64,000 nucleotides of DNA from a virus (taxonomy: Duplodnaviria > Caudoviricetes): positions 771 through 64,770 of IMG/VR virus record IMGVR_UViG_3300031718_000109; one strand, 5' to 3'. A program made the translations under genes and the position numbers. Below are positions 8,501 through 19,800 of this stretch, in pieces. The notes under the pieces are model-generated. The model saw nothing but the letters and a program-made list of their open reading frames with translations, was not told the DNA's origin and ran no database searches. The stretch's first letter is position 1. Each line of letters begins with the position of its first letter.

Positions 8501-9064
8501 TTAAACCCATCCGTAAAGACTGAACTCGCCGGTGGCAAAGTTCCCCGTCGCAGGAAACAGTTTGATAGACGAGATAGCCCCCGAAACGGCCAACAACCCC
8601 CCGTACACCCCGACAAACGCAGCCGTCGCCGAACTAGGCCCGTACCCAATACCCACAGCATTCGCGAAGTTGGTGGCATCCGACGCATACGGCAGCACAA
8701 TCTGCCCGCATGACGTATAGAACGCCGTAGCCGACGCCGCCGTCATCGTTCCCACCTGAATCTGCGCCACCCCGCCGCCGGTGTTGAAACCGCTCACCGC
8801 CGCATTAGTCGACGCCTCCATACGCTGGTAGGTGTACGCCGACGCGCCCGTGTTGCCGTTGAGCTGCATCATGAACTGGACCGTGGCGACCGCCGAATCA
8901 CCACGGCCGTTCCACATCACCGACAAGTGGTTGAAGTTCGCTGAAATCGAACTGAATGTGACACTCGCGGTAGTGGTGGTCACCTTCTGAGTTGAGATCG
9001 GCATCGCGGTAGCCTGGAGATACGCCACCTGCGCCAACAGCAGCGCTTCATACGTAGACGCCAT
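8501..9064 (-). CDS. Tail-associated beta-sandwich protein
   Basis: SVTFSSI...AISSIKLF..GEFSLYG, typical of tail-fibre C-terminal domains. Confidence 0.6.
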   Translation of the reverse strand: MASTYEALLLAQVAYLQATAMPISTQKVTTTTASVTFSSISANFNHLSVMWNGRGDSAVATVQFMMQLNGNTGASAYTYQRMEASTNAAVSGFNTGGGVAQIQVGTMTAASATAFYTSCGQIVLPYASDATNFANAVGIGYGPSSATAAFVGVYGGLLAVSGAISSIKLFPATGNFATGEFSLYGWV

Positions 9065-9073
9065 GCACCTCTC

Positions 9074-11377
9074 CTAAGCCAGTTCCACCAGGCCGGTAGC
9101 CGGGTTAGTTCCCCCCGGATAGGTGCCCGGGTACGTCACCTCAACCACACTGGACTGCTGCGGGGTAATCAAATCAGTGGAGTACACCAGGTCAACGTAA
9201 AAGATGTTCGACGCCGCCGGAGTCCCCGATAGCGTCGGCGCTATCGAGTACTGGTATGCCGTCGCCGGGGCGGTAAACGTGTTCGTCAGCTGCGTCCACG
9301 TAGTCGCCGGTACGGAAACGTCATTCGAGGAGGTGGAGATGTACGAGCCGCCGAGCGTATACCAGTTGATCGACACAGACGCATTGCCGGACACCGCGTT
9401 AGTGAACCACATCCACGCCGACACAATGATCGACTGCCCCGGCATGCATACGATGTTCTCCGAACCGATGTACACGTTCGCAGCGCTACCCGACGGCGTG
9501 ACCTGCGCTGAGGTGCCGCCTTCATAGAACTGCGTAGACGACTGCACCACGGTGCCGCCGGACGCGAACCACGGCGAGATCCCAGACTGAAACCCGGAGT
9601 TAGCGTTGCGTTGAACGTTCGTGCGCGTCGCCTCCGCCAACCCCAGCAGCCGCTGATCCGGGGTGGTGGCGTACACGAACGTGGAGACCCGTGCGCCGCC
9701 GTCCTCCCATGTGTGCACCGGGGGAGTAGTGGACACGGTCTGGTCGTAAATCGAGATGCCGATGCCGTTGCCGACCGGCTGGGTAGTCCACGTGTACGTA
9801 CCCGGCGGAGACGTCAACGCAGTGGGGCCGCCCGTGGTGTAAGCATTCGCCCCCATGATCGTCGACAGGTAGTTCGCCTGGTTGCCGCCGATCTGCTGCA
9901 TCAAGATGTGGTAGGTGGCGCCGTTGGACAACCCGGTCGCCGGGAGCGGAATCGACGGGTACGGCGCGAGATTGAAGTACGCGAACCCGTACTCATTGCC
10001 GCTAGGCGCCAGCGCGTAAATCGCGATCTGCCCGGTACCGAAGTCATAGAACCCTGGCAGCGACCCGCTACCACCGGCTGTGTCCTGCCCCCACGTCCAC
10101 GACGGCCCGGACGTCCCGAACACCAGGGAACTGGAACCCGAGATGACCAGCGCGCCCTGCGCGTTGGCGAATGCGTTGGCGTTCAAGTCATACGCGGCGG
10201 CGAACAGCGGTGGCGCAGGCGACCACGCCCCCAGTGAACCGTTGGAATTAATTGGCGCGTAGTAGCACGCGGACTGCGCGGTCAGAGACCCGTCAGCGCC
10301 TCCCGCGATCAGCAGGTACCCGTTGAACGCCACCGTGTACACCAGCTGCAACGCCTTAGGCAGCGGCGAGGTAGCGGTCCACGCGGTAATCTGGCCGTTG
10401 CTGACCTGCGCATAGTTGACGGTGCTGGTGATGCCGCCGCCGGTGACTTTCCCGCCCACCGAGTACACGTAACCGTTGTACGCCGCCATCGTATGCGACT
10501 GCACAGCTGCGGGCAGCGCCGTCTGTGCGCTCCACGCCGATAGCGCCCCGGTAGAAGTGTTGACGGTGGAGGTGAACACGTTAGCGACCGGCGCGCCACC
10601 GAACGAGGTGCCGCCTCCGGTGTTGACGACCACCGCCGCGCCGGAAGACGGATCCACGCACACGCACATCGCTGAGGAACCGTCATTCGGATTCGGGAAC
10701 GCCGGTTGCGGTACTGAAGGCGCGAGCGTGCCGGTGGAGTTGTAACCCATGGTGTACACGCCGGTCAGCGCGGCGCCGCCGGTTACGCCGCCGACGATGA
10801 TGATCTGCCCGTTGTACCAGGTGGCCGCAGGCTCCGCTGACACTCCCACGAACGTGATGGCGGGGAAGTTGTACGGCAGGATGACCTGGCTGGCGATGGT
10901 CCACATGTTGAACTGAGACGCCGCGACCGGTGAGTTGGTCAACCCCACCGTCGGATACTGCGACGCCGGGGTGGTTCCCGCGCTGACCGCCGCCAGCTGG
11001 CTCAGCCACGTCGCCGGGATACGCGTCTGCGTGATCATCGTGCCGGGATGCCCGGAGCTGTCCGCGCACAGCGACACCAGCAGGTCCGCGCCGTTACCCA
11101 CCACCAGCACCGGCAGCTGTACCCGGCCGATCACCGTGCCGGACATCGTGAACGGCTGATCCACGTCCACCGTACCGAGCGCTGTGTTCCACGGGTTGGA
11201 GAACGGCGCGGGGGAGTAGATGAACTCCGGCAGCAGGATCCGGTTGCCCTGGTAGATCGGCTGGTTGGAGTGGGTGCCGAGGAGCTGGTTGACCTGAGCG
11301 GACCCGGCAACCGCCGCAGCAGTCCCGATCAGCCCGGCCTGCCCGGCGCTGAACAGGGGGGTGGCGAACGCGGGCAT
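9074..11377 (-). CDS. Minor tail protein with Kelch-like propeller and CBM-like domain
   Basis: Repeated xxVGG...W..xxLP Kelch units; C-terminal NSGFQ..W...WTQLT..FTAP..FYVD module. Confidence 0.7.
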   Translation of the reverse strand: MPAFATPLFSAGQAGLIGTAAAVAGSAQVNQLLGTHSNQPIYQGNRILLPEFIYSPAPFSNPWNTALGTVDVDQPFTMSGTVIGRVQLPVLVVGNGADLLVSLCADSSGHPGTMITQTRIPATWLSQLAAVSAGTTPASQYPTVGLTNSPVAASQFNMWTIASQVILPYNFPAITFVGVSAEPAATWYNGQIIIVGGVTGGAALTGVYTMGYNSTGTLAPSVPQPAFPNPNDGSSAMCVCVDPSSGAAVVVNTGGGTSFGGAPVANVFTSTVNTSTGALSAWSAQTALPAAVQSHTMAAYNGYVYSVGGKVTGGGITSTVNYAQVSNGQITAWTATSPLPKALQLVYTVAFNGYLLIAGGADGSLTAQSACYYAPINSNGSLGAWSPAPPLFAAAYDLNANAFANAQGALVISGSSSLVFGTSGPSWTWGQDTAGGSGSLPGFYDFGTGQIAIYALAPSGNEYGFAYFNLAPYPSIPLPATGLSNGATYHILMQQIGGNQANYLSTIMGANAYTTGGPTALTSPPGTYTWTTQPVGNGIGISIYDQTVSTTPPVHTWEDGGARVSTFVYATTPDQRLLGLAEATRTNVQRNANSGFQSGISPWFASGGTVVQSSTQFYEGGTSAQVTPSGSAANVYIGSENIVCMPGQSIIVSAWMWFTNAVSGNASVSINWYTLGGSYISTSSNDVSVPATTWTQLTNTFTAPATAYQYSIAPTLSGTPAASNIFYVDLVYSTDLITPQQSSVVEVTYPGTYPGGTNPATGLVELA

Positions 11378-11385
11378 CAGGCCTC

Positions 11386-12114
11386 CTAGGCGATCTTCGT
11401 GACCATGGTGCCGGAGTACGTGTACTGCCGGTACGAGTACGCGTACTGGTTAGTCCCTTGAGCCACCGCGTACTCCTCAATCGAACTAGGCGTGTTGTTC
11501 GAGTTCGAAGTAAACAACGTGATCCGCGCGTTCCCGTCTTCCCACGTGTGTACCAGCGGCAACACCGTCGACTGATCATATGCGGCATACAAAATGCCGT
11601 ACGTCTGCGCCGTCCACGACGTGCCATTCGTTGACGTTGAAACCCCGGTCACCTGATTCGACTTATAGAACGAATAGAAATCCGAGACATCCCCCGCTGG
11701 GAGCGTCACAATCCAATACGTTGTCGACGTGGACAACCCCGTCACCGGGACCGGAATCGACTGCGCCAACACACTCGCAGTCGCCCACGACGACGGAATC
11801 ACCGTCGACACCAGCACCGTACTCGAAGGCGCCCCCGCGTTGTTCGTCCGGATCTGCACCGTCAACGGCGTAGGCACCGCCGTCGTCGTCATCGTCAACG
11901 TAATCCGGCCCATCGCCGTCGTCGAACCCGTAGTGAACGACTGAGCAACATACAGGCCATTTGAATTCACCGAACCTGAACCCGTCGTGCCCTGCGAAGA
12001 GAACGACGCCCCGGTGTACACATACGTGGCCGCGTGAGTTCCCAAGAACTGGTTCACCTGGTTCGCGAGCTGCGGGGTTCCGGAAGTTGCGCCGATCCAC
12101 GCCGGGGTGGCCAT
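11386..12114 (-). CDS. Minor tail protein (paralog family)
   Basis: Starts MATPAW; QVNQFLGTH; VHTWEDGNARIT. Confidence 0.65.
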   Translation of the reverse strand: MATPAWIGATSGTPQLANQVNQFLGTHAATYVYTGASFSSQGTTGSGSVNSNGLYVAQSFTTGSTTAMGRITLTMTTTAVPTPLTVQIRTNNAGAPSSTVLVSTVIPSSWATASVLAQSIPVPVTGLSTSTTYWIVTLPAGDVSDFYSFYKSNQVTGVSTSTNGTSWTAQTYGILYAAYDQSTVLPLVHTWEDGNARITLFTSNSNNTPSSIEEYAVAQGTNQYAYSYRQYTYSGTMVTKIA

Positions 12115-13850
12115 CAGCAGCCGATCGCCTTCTGCGCAAACGCCGTAGTGGTGCCGGTCCACTTGACCCACCAGCCAGCGGGCAGGCGGAAGGAGTAGAG
12201 AGTCCCGGCCGTAAACGACGCGGACGCAACCAACGTGTTCACCGTCGTGTTCGCTGGCCCGATAGCGATGGTCGTGGCCGTACCGGACGTCGTGCAGTTC
12301 AGATACACCATGTAGTCGCGGGTGGTGTCCGACAGCTGCGCCGCCGTACCGGTGGTGAACGCCGGGGTCAGCACGGGCGCGGAACCCGAGCTGTTGGTGC
12401 CGCCGTTCATGCTGGCGATGCCGGTGACACCGATGGTGGAGTTGAAGCCGTGGGTGCCGTTGGTGGTCATGTTGGCGCTCAAAAACAGCGCGCCCGCGCC
12501 GGTACGGGACATGCTCGCGTCGATAGCGCCGGTACCGGAACCCCACTGCAAGGTGCCGTCCGGCAGCACCACCCACCGGTTGAACGTGTCCCCGGTGACC
12601 CGGGTGCCGATCGTGCGGCTGGTGGCGCTCGCCTCCACCAACGCGAGGTCCGCGTTGGTGTTGCCGGTGACCGCAGTGGCGTTGCTGATCCCGACAGTGC
12701 CGTTCGCGGTGCCGGAGGTGAGGTTCAGTTCGGTGGCGTTGGTTTGCGGGGTGCCGCCGAACTGGGTGCCGTTGTCGCTCTGGCAGTCCACCACCCGGAA
12801 CTCGCCGGTGGAGGTGCCGAACGAGATGTGCGCGCCGGTTGGGTTGGCGCCGCCGGTGTATGAGCCGCGCACCGACTCCGCCACCACATACGAGTTCGCC
12901 AGCGGCGCGTTCAACGTCACACCGTTGGCGATACACGCGCTTGCGGACGCGTTGAACACCAGGATGTTCCTGAGGGAACCGAATTGAGGGCCGAAAGTGA
13001 ACACGTCCTGCGCGGTGGAGTACCCCGTGTAGAACCCGCCGACATACGCGTGGCAGTTGATCACGTGCACGTCGCGCGCGGTAGTGTCGCAGAAGAACGT
13101 AGCCAAGCCGTTCAGGTTCGCTGTTTCCAGCTTCGACGACACGAAATACAGCGAATACGGCTGCCCGGAGTTCGTTCCCACACCGCGTTCAATCCGCACC
13201 GCGCCCGTCTTATACTGCTCCCACCGGCAGCCGAAGAAATAGATATTGTTTGTCGTCCCGGCGCTGTACCCGAACCCGCTGGACGCAGCCGTGTTACGCA
13301 GCCACAAAGCCGGGGCGGTCGTGTTCGCCGTCGTCGAACCGACCGTGTCCCACAGGACATTCTCAAACCTGCTGTCCCAGAACTCCGCGCAGTCATGCCC
13401 CACGTCATTACTGTTCACGTAGTGGACGTTCTTGAACAGCAGCGTGTCAGCGTAGTACGTCTGCACCAGCGTACCGGTCAGGTTGTTGCCGTTGAGATCC
13501 AGGTTCTCAATCGTGCAGTACCGGCAGTGCGTCACCCCCGTCGTGTCGCTCGAAGGCCCAGACATGGTGATGATGGGGCCGTTGGCTAGACGCTTGAGAG
13601 TGGCGCCCTGCTCACTGCTGCCCGTCAGCCGCACACCCTGGTACCCGGTGGTGCCATTGTTCAGGACCAGCGCCGCTGACGTTGAGCTGACGGGGGTGAC
13701 CGCGTAGGTGGCGGACGGGAAGAACAAGGTGCCGCCGCCCTGGGCCTGTACGGCGTTGATCGCGGCCTGGATCGCGGCAGTGTCGTCGGTCGAGCCGTTG
13801 CCGACAGCGCCGTAGTCCTGCGGCGTGATAAACCCGGCAAGGAAAGGCAT
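12114..13850 (-). CDS. Pectate-lyase-like beta-helix tailspike/depolymerase
   Basis: DYGAVGNGSTDDTAAIQAAINA..GGGTLFFP motif. Confidence 0.8.
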   Translation of the reverse strand: MPFLAGFITPQDYGAVGNGSTDDTAAIQAAINAVQAQGGGTLFFPSATYAVTPVSSTSAALVLNNGTTGYQGVRLTGSSEQGATLKRLANGPIITMSGPSSDTTGVTHCRYCTIENLDLNGNNLTGTLVQTYYADTLLFKNVHYVNSNDVGHDCAEFWDSRFENVLWDTVGSTTANTTAPALWLRNTAASSGFGYSAGTTNNIYFFGCRWEQYKTGAVRIERGVGTNSGQPYSLYFVSSKLETANLNGLATFFCDTTARDVHVINCHAYVGGFYTGYSTAQDVFTFGPQFGSLRNILVFNASASACIANGVTLNAPLANSYVVAESVRGSYTGGANPTGAHISFGTSTGEFRVVDCQSDNGTQFGGTPQTNATELNLTSGTANGTVGISNATAVTGNTNADLALVEASATSRTIGTRVTGDTFNRWVVLPDGTLQWGSGTGAIDASMSRTGAGALFLSANMTTNGTHGFNSTIGVTGIASMNGGTNSSGSAPVLTPAFTTGTAAQLSDTTRDYMVYLNCTTSGTATTIAIGPANTTVNTLVASASFTAGTLYSFRLPAGWWVKWTGTTTAFAQKAIGC

Positions 13851-14602
13851 CAAGACACTCCCGTCGGAAAAGAACCGCTGTAAGCGATAGTGCGTGACGA
13901 AAAGAAACTCCCGCCACCTTGGGCAACTACCGACTCGGTGATCCCGGTCAGCTGGCCCGCGCTGTTGTACGTGAACGACGTTACCCGCGCGCCTCCGTCA
14001 TCAGTCAACGTCAACGGCGGCCCTGTCGTCCCGGACTGGTCATACATCTGATACATGAACCCGTACGGCTGCGCCGTCCAGGTAGCCCCATCCGGCGAGG
14101 TAGACGCGCCTGAGGTCTGGTTGGAACGCTGCCACACGTAGTAGTTGGTGCCCGTACCCGCCGGGGAAACCACCAGCTGATACGGAGTACCCGAAGTCAA
14201 CCCCGTCACAGTCAACGGCACCACCATCCAAAACGGCGCCGAATACACGTACTGCTCCGTCAACGACACCGACCCCAACGCCGCCCCCGTAGGCAACCCG
14301 CCGGAATTCGCATACAACCCCACCACAAGCGGCGGGATCGTCGCGGTAACCGGGGAGCCGCCCACCGTGGAGATCTGCAACCGCACCTGCCCGATCGTGG
14401 TCTGCGACGAACCGGTGGTGACCGTCTGCGCCAGGTACTGCGACGCCGTTGAGATGTACAGGCCGGAGCCGGTGGACTGCGAGTCCTGCAACGTGTTCCC
14501 GGAATACAACCAGCTTGAGGAATGCGACCCTAGGAACTGGTTGATCTGGCCGGGCCGTGTCGGCTGCTGCGCTGTCGCCGCCAGCCAAGTCGCCGTAGCC
14601 AT
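13850..14602 (-). CDS. Minor tail protein (paralog family)
   Basis: Starts MATATW; QINQFLGSH; DDGGARVT. Confidence 0.65.
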   Translation of the reverse strand: MATATWLAATAQQPTRPGQINQFLGSHSSSWLYSGNTLQDSQSTGSGLYISTASQYLAQTVTTGSSQTTIGQVRLQISTVGGSPVTATIPPLVVGLYANSGGLPTGAALGSVSLTEQYVYSAPFWMVVPLTVTGLTSGTPYQLVVSPAGTGTNYYVWQRSNQTSGASTSPDGATWTAQPYGFMYQMYDQSGTTGPPLTLTDDGGARVTSFTYNSAGQLTGITESVVAQGGGSFFSSRTIAYSGSFPTGVS

Positions 14603-14610
14603 CTGACTCC

Positions 14611-15228
14611 CTACGGTCCGAGCAGCAAAGACATCTGGAGCAGGAGGGTATCTGAGGTTGGCACCGACACCGTAGGGGAGAACGCCCAATGGTTCAGCAT
14701 CGCCCCGGAATTCGCGGCAGAGGTGGCGTTGGCGAAAAGCCCCGCCTCCGTCACCGTCCAGGTAGTAGCCGGGGACGGGAAGTAAAACAGCCACGTCGCA
14801 TACGCGGAGATTGACGGAGTCGCCGGAGAAGACGCACCCGCCCCCACCGTCACCCGCCCCAACTCCGTAAACAGCTGCACATCCGCCTTAGCGGGAGTCC
14901 CGGCGCCGGAACCGACCGCGCCATACAGCGGGGTGAGGTAGTTAGGGGACGTCAACCCGAGTTCCGCAGCCAGGTCCTGCACGCCGGACCACACCATGGA
15001 CGCCGCCAGCGTCGTGTACCCCACAGTCGTCACCACGTTGCTGCCCGCCCGCTCCTCCCGCACCGGCTCCTCCCGGCCCGTTACGGCCCGCAGGGCCGCC
15101 GTAGAGCTCCCCTCCGGCCGGGGATGCATGGCGGCGTAGGCGCGCAGCTGCGCGGGCGTGAGCGTGCCCCGCACCACCGTCAGCCGCAGCCGCCCCGCCA
15201 ACGGCACAACCTCATCCACATCAGCCAC
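14611..15228 (-). CDS. Minor tail/baseplate protein
   Basis: NVVTTVG..GAVGSG..L..ELGR..TEAGLF pattern. Confidence 0.65.
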   Translation of the reverse strand: MADVDEVVPLAGRLRLTVVRGTLTPAQLRAYAAMHPRPEGSSTAALRAVTGREEPVREERAGSNVVTTVGYTTLAASMVWSGVQDLAAELGLTSPNYLTPLYGAVGSGAGTPAKADVQLFTELGRVTVGAGASSPATPSISAYATWLFYFPSPATTWTVTEAGLFANATSAANSGAMLNHWAFSPTVSVPTSDTLLLQMSLLLGP

Positions 15229-15242
15229 CGCTCCGTGTTCCC

Positions 15243-15458
15243 TCACTGCCACACCGACCCCCCCCACACTTCCTGATCCCAACCCGGAGTGCCCACCAGC
15301 ACCTGAGTGGAAGCGGAATCGGACCACGCCGTTTGATCATCCGCCTCCGCCACCACCCCCAGGCCGGAAGTGGAGGTGTCTACGGTTGCCGAGTTCTGCC
15401 CGTTGATCGACCCGAGGACGTCCACCAGGGTGTACGGGCGCAGCACGCCGCTAGCCAT
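15243..15458 (-). CDS. Small tail protein
   Basis: GGAG RBS; Trp-rich C-terminus; position in the tail operon. Confidence 0.5.
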   Translation of the reverse strand: MASGVLRPYTLVDVLGSINGQNSATVDTSTSGLGVVAEADDQTAWSDSASTQVLVGTPGWDQEVWGGSVWQ

Positions 15459-15468
15459 CGTGGTCTCC

Positions 15469-16857
15469 TTAGATCCGTACTGCCGTCGGGTTCATAGAAC
15501 GGTACCCGCCGGTAGAGAACGTGACGGTGTTCGAAATAAGGATGAACGTGTCGTTCACCCCCCAATGATGATTCTGAAAGTCATACACCAACTGATTGTT
15601 AATCACGCACGTCTGCCCGGAGCGCACCCACCCCAGGAAATCTTCACCCGTGTTGAACACCATCCGCTCCACCGCGAACGCATACTCCGTACGCGCCTGC
15701 ATCGCCCGCGCCAACGCCATAGGCACCGTCGTCAACGACGAGTCCGAGATGAACCGGCCGAACACCCCGCCGTTAGGCCCCGGATACGTGGAGATAGACG
15801 CCTGATCAGTCGCCTGCGCCACCACCGGCACCAGGTACGTGTACCAGATAGTGATGATGGTGCCCGCTGACGGCGTGGTGGCCGCAACCAGGAAGTATTG
15901 GCCGATCGAGTTCTGCTCCACCACCCACGGCCCGGACGCGGTCGTGCCTTTCGTCGCAGTCACCACAGTCGTGGTCACCCCGTTGATCCGCAGCGTGCCG
16001 ACACTCGACACGGTGTACCGCAACGGCCACGCCGACTGCGAACCGTCTGCCCGCCACGTATCCGTCGGCGGCTTCGTCCGTGGGTCGCCCCCCTGGATCG
16101 TCTGATTGGCGCCCTGCACCAGGATCTTGTTCTCGACACTCGTGCCGTCCCACTCGTACTGGAACTGAGTGTCGAGTTTGATGTGCCCTTCCGTGGTGGA
16201 CAACCCCACCGTGGGGTTGGTGGTGAACGTCACCCCGGACGACTGGGCGCTGGTGGCGTCAAAGAAATGCAGCTCCAGGTTCTGATCCACGTACCAGCCG
16301 TACGGAGTGGAAGACCCTGCCAGTGTTGCCAGCTGCCGGAACGCGGTGGACAGCGGGTTGTAGTTCAACACATACGCGGAGATCACCGGGCCCGGCGCGA
16401 CGAACCCGCCGTTAGCCACCGACACGGCGGTGATCCCGCAGTTAGCCTGCCGCACCAGGGAAATGATGATCTGGTCGGCGGTAAACCCGTAGAAGATCCC
16501 ATGAACGATCGAGTTGTCCGCGTAAAACGTGTAGTCCGTGCAGTTCAGGTCCCACTCATTCAAGTTCGGGCCGTCCACGCACAACACCGGGTCAGTGACC
16601 ACCCCCGCGAACAGGTTCACGTTCGCGGTGTGATCGAACACGCTGATCTGGCTCATCACCGGGATCGTCACAGCCGGGGTGGTGGCGTACTCCTCCACCA
16701 AGGGGACAATAGCGGTGTCCCCTTGGCGGCCGAAGTTCTGCGTGATGGTCATCTGCTGGTTGGCTTGCCCCCACGCCAGGTAGCTCGTGTACGAGGTCGG
16801 CGAACCGCCCGGCGGGGTGATGGAGACGGTGATGTTCGGTGAATTGGGGATGGTCAT
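15469..16857 (-). CDS. Minor tail (distal tail/hub) protein
   Basis: Directly after the tape measure; WYVD..LHFF motif. Confidence 0.65.
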   Translation of the reverse strand: MTIPNSPNITVSITPPGGSPTSYTSYLAWGQANQQMTITQNFGRQGDTAIVPLVEEYATTPAVTIPVMSQISVFDHTANVNLFAGVVTDPVLCVDGPNLNEWDLNCTDYTFYADNSIVHGIFYGFTADQIIISLVRQANCGITAVSVANGGFVAPGPVISAYVLNYNPLSTAFRQLATLAGSSTPYGWYVDQNLELHFFDATSAQSSGVTFTTNPTVGLSTTEGHIKLDTQFQYEWDGTSVENKILVQGANQTIQGGDPRTKPPTDTWRADGSQSAWPLRYTVSSVGTLRINGVTTTVVTATKGTTASGPWVVEQNSIGQYFLVAATTPSAGTIITIWYTYLVPVVAQATDQASISTYPGPNGGVFGRFISDSSLTTVPMALARAMQARTEYAFAVERMVFNTGEDFLGWVRSGQTCVINNQLVYDFQNHHWGVNDTFILISNTVTFSTGGYRSMNPTAVRI

Positions 16858-19800
16858 TGAAGGTTGATCCTCACGCCTCCGGCGGGCAGCACCCGCGTAG
16901 CGATGGCCCTTCCGATCTTGTTGACCAGCATGTCCATGTCATTGTTGGACATGACCTGGGAGCCACGCAGGTCGATGTACAGCTGACCGCCGCCGCCTGC
17001 GCCCCCGGCCCCAGCCGGGTTGGCGGTCAGGCCGGAGACGTTCAACGAGGAGTGCAGGCCGGTGACCGCGACGTTACCGGCGCGGCGTACAGCCTCATCA
17101 ATCGCCCCGGTGTTCTCCGTGATACCCACAGCGATACCCAGCGGAATGTACTTACCGACCTCATCCGCCATCACCCGCGACGGCGAGAGCACATTCCACA
17201 CGGACTTGAACGCGCCGGTCACATCGTTGGCTAGGCCCTTGACCTTGTCGAGCAGGCCTCCGGCGGCGTTGGAGATGCCGTTCCACAGCCCGCTGATGAC
17301 TTCCTTGCCGACGTTGATCAGCCAGCTCCCGGCGTCCGCCAGCAGCCCCAGGATCGTGCCCGGCAGGTTCTTGAACCAGGTCACCACCGTGTTAATACCA
17401 TTACCTACTGCCGTTGCTACACCGGCAAGCCAGTTCGCGAACATACCCGGCAGTTTGGCGAACCACATCACGGTGTTAAGGACGGCGTTGACGCCGTCCA
17501 TGAACCACTTTTTGATGTCCGACCAGTACTTGGTCACCAGCGCGATCACGAGGCCAAGGGGGCCGCCGATGATCGAAATGATCAGGCGCCAGTGTCCGGT
17601 GATCCAGTCAAGGATCTCCGGAATGATCTTGGTGAAGAAATCCTTGATCGCATTCCAAACGGCAATCGCCGTATCCTTGATAATATCCCACTGGATAATC
17701 CAGTAATCCCGGAACCAGGAGAACTTCTCCCACAAGAAAACGAACACCGCAACCAGGGCGACAATGCCGATGATAATCAAACCAATCGGGCCCGTCGCGA
17801 AATCAATAGCCACACCCAGCGCCCACGTAGCCGCCGTAGCCGCCCACGTCGCCACCGTACCCGCGACCATCGCGATCTTCTGCGCCGTCCACACAATCAC
17901 CGCACGCCCGGCCGCAATCACCGTCCCCAGCAAAGAAGTGTTCGCCGCATCCGTCGCAACCGCCGCGCCCTCCTCTGACACCGCCGCACCGTCAGCCGAC
18001 GCAGCCAACGTGTCCGTACTGACCGCCGCCGCATCCGCGCTGGTCGCCGCCGTCGCCGCCTCGTCAGAGAAGAACCCGAACATCTTGCCGACGGCGTGCA
18101 CTGTCGTGTTGACCGCGTCGAAGGCGCTCTTCACGCCCTTAGCGACCTTCGTGATCATGTTGATCGCCGTCACCAGCAACAAGAACCCGGCAATAGACCC
18201 CATCACGATCGCAGTCAGCTTCTGATGCGAGTTGATCCACTCCGCGATCGGCTTCGCAACATCCACCACCACGCCCACAATTTTCTGCACCATAGGCAGC
18301 AGCGCCGTACCGAGCGCGATACCGGCCACCTGCGCCGAGGATTTCAGAACATCCAGCTTCTGGTTGAACGTCCCCTGAATCACCGACCAGTTGGCGACCT
18401 GCGTACCGCCCTTCTTGGCCGCGTCCGCCACCGTCCCCACGTTCTGGTTGAACGCCACGGTGTGCGACCCGGTCAGCATCAACGCCGTGTTCAGACCGAC
18501 GGTGCCGCCCATCAGCTTGCTCATCGCCGCGTTATACGTCTGCGCCGCCGGACCGCCCTTGGCCAACGCGTCATTGAACTGGTGCGTCTTGCCCGCCGTG
18601 GTGGCGAACTGGCTCATCATCGTGTGCAGGTTCCCCGGGACGTTCTTCATGTCCGCAGTCCACTGCGACGCGGTGACGGACCCGTTGAGGTACCCCTCGG
18701 CCATCTTCGCCAGGTTCGGCGGCATCGCCTTGATCTCGATGTTCGCGTCCGCCGCAGCCTGCTGAGATGCGTTGAACGTGGAGATCAGCACGTCGCCGCC
18801 CTTGACGTGCTGAAGAACCGCGTTGGTCAGCTCCGCGAACGTACCGGTCAGGCCCTGCTTCCCCAGGTCTTTCGAGATCTGGTTCGACTGGATACCCATC
18901 GCCTGCATTTCCTTGATCTGCACGTTGTTCGGATTCGACAGCGCACCGATCGTGTGGTTCAAGTCCTGCGTCGCCTGATTCGCGGTCATACCCTGCGCCG
19001 TCATCGTCGCGATGGCGCCACCCAGCTGTGCGAACGGGATATGCGCCGCAGCTGCGGACGCGGTGACCGAGCTCATTGCCGATGCCAGGTCCTCCATGCG
19101 GAGGTCACCCGAACCAACCGTTGCAATCAACTGATTCATATACGCGGTGGACTGGTTCGCGCCCGCACCGTACGCATTCATTGAACCCACCAACGCCCGC
19201 GACACAGTATCCAGGTTCGCGTTACCAACCTTCGCACCCTCCGCCGCCGTCTGCAACATCGTCAAACCCGCAGCACCGTGGTACCCCGCCGACTCAATGT
19301 GATACATACCATTCACAAGGTCACTCGTCGAAGTGCCCGTAGCAGTAGCGATATTCAAAATACCCTGCTGCACCTTCGTGAGATTAGCCTGCGTCTCACC
19401 CGCATCCGTCACCAAGTGCGCCGTAGACGACTGGAAATCCCCAGCCATCTTCACCGCAACCCCAGCAACCAACCCCAACGCGATACTCGCCTTACCAGCC
19501 CCCGCCGCGAACGACCCCCACTTGCCCCCGGAGTCCTCCGCGTCCTGCCCAGCGTCCTTCGCCGCCTTACCGCTCTTTTTGGCGCCGTCCGCCGCAGCCG
19601 CATCCGCCGCAGCCTGCGCCGCCATCGTGTCGCTCTGAACCTTCTGCGCATCCCCCAACGCCTTAGTAGCCTTAGCGGCGTCCTCCTGAGCCTTCACCAG
19701 CGTCTCAGCTGCCGTCGCCAGCCGCGACTGCGCGATCGCATCATCGTCCGCCGCCGCAGCCGCCTTAGTCTGCGCATCCAGCAGCGAACGCTCCGCGTTC

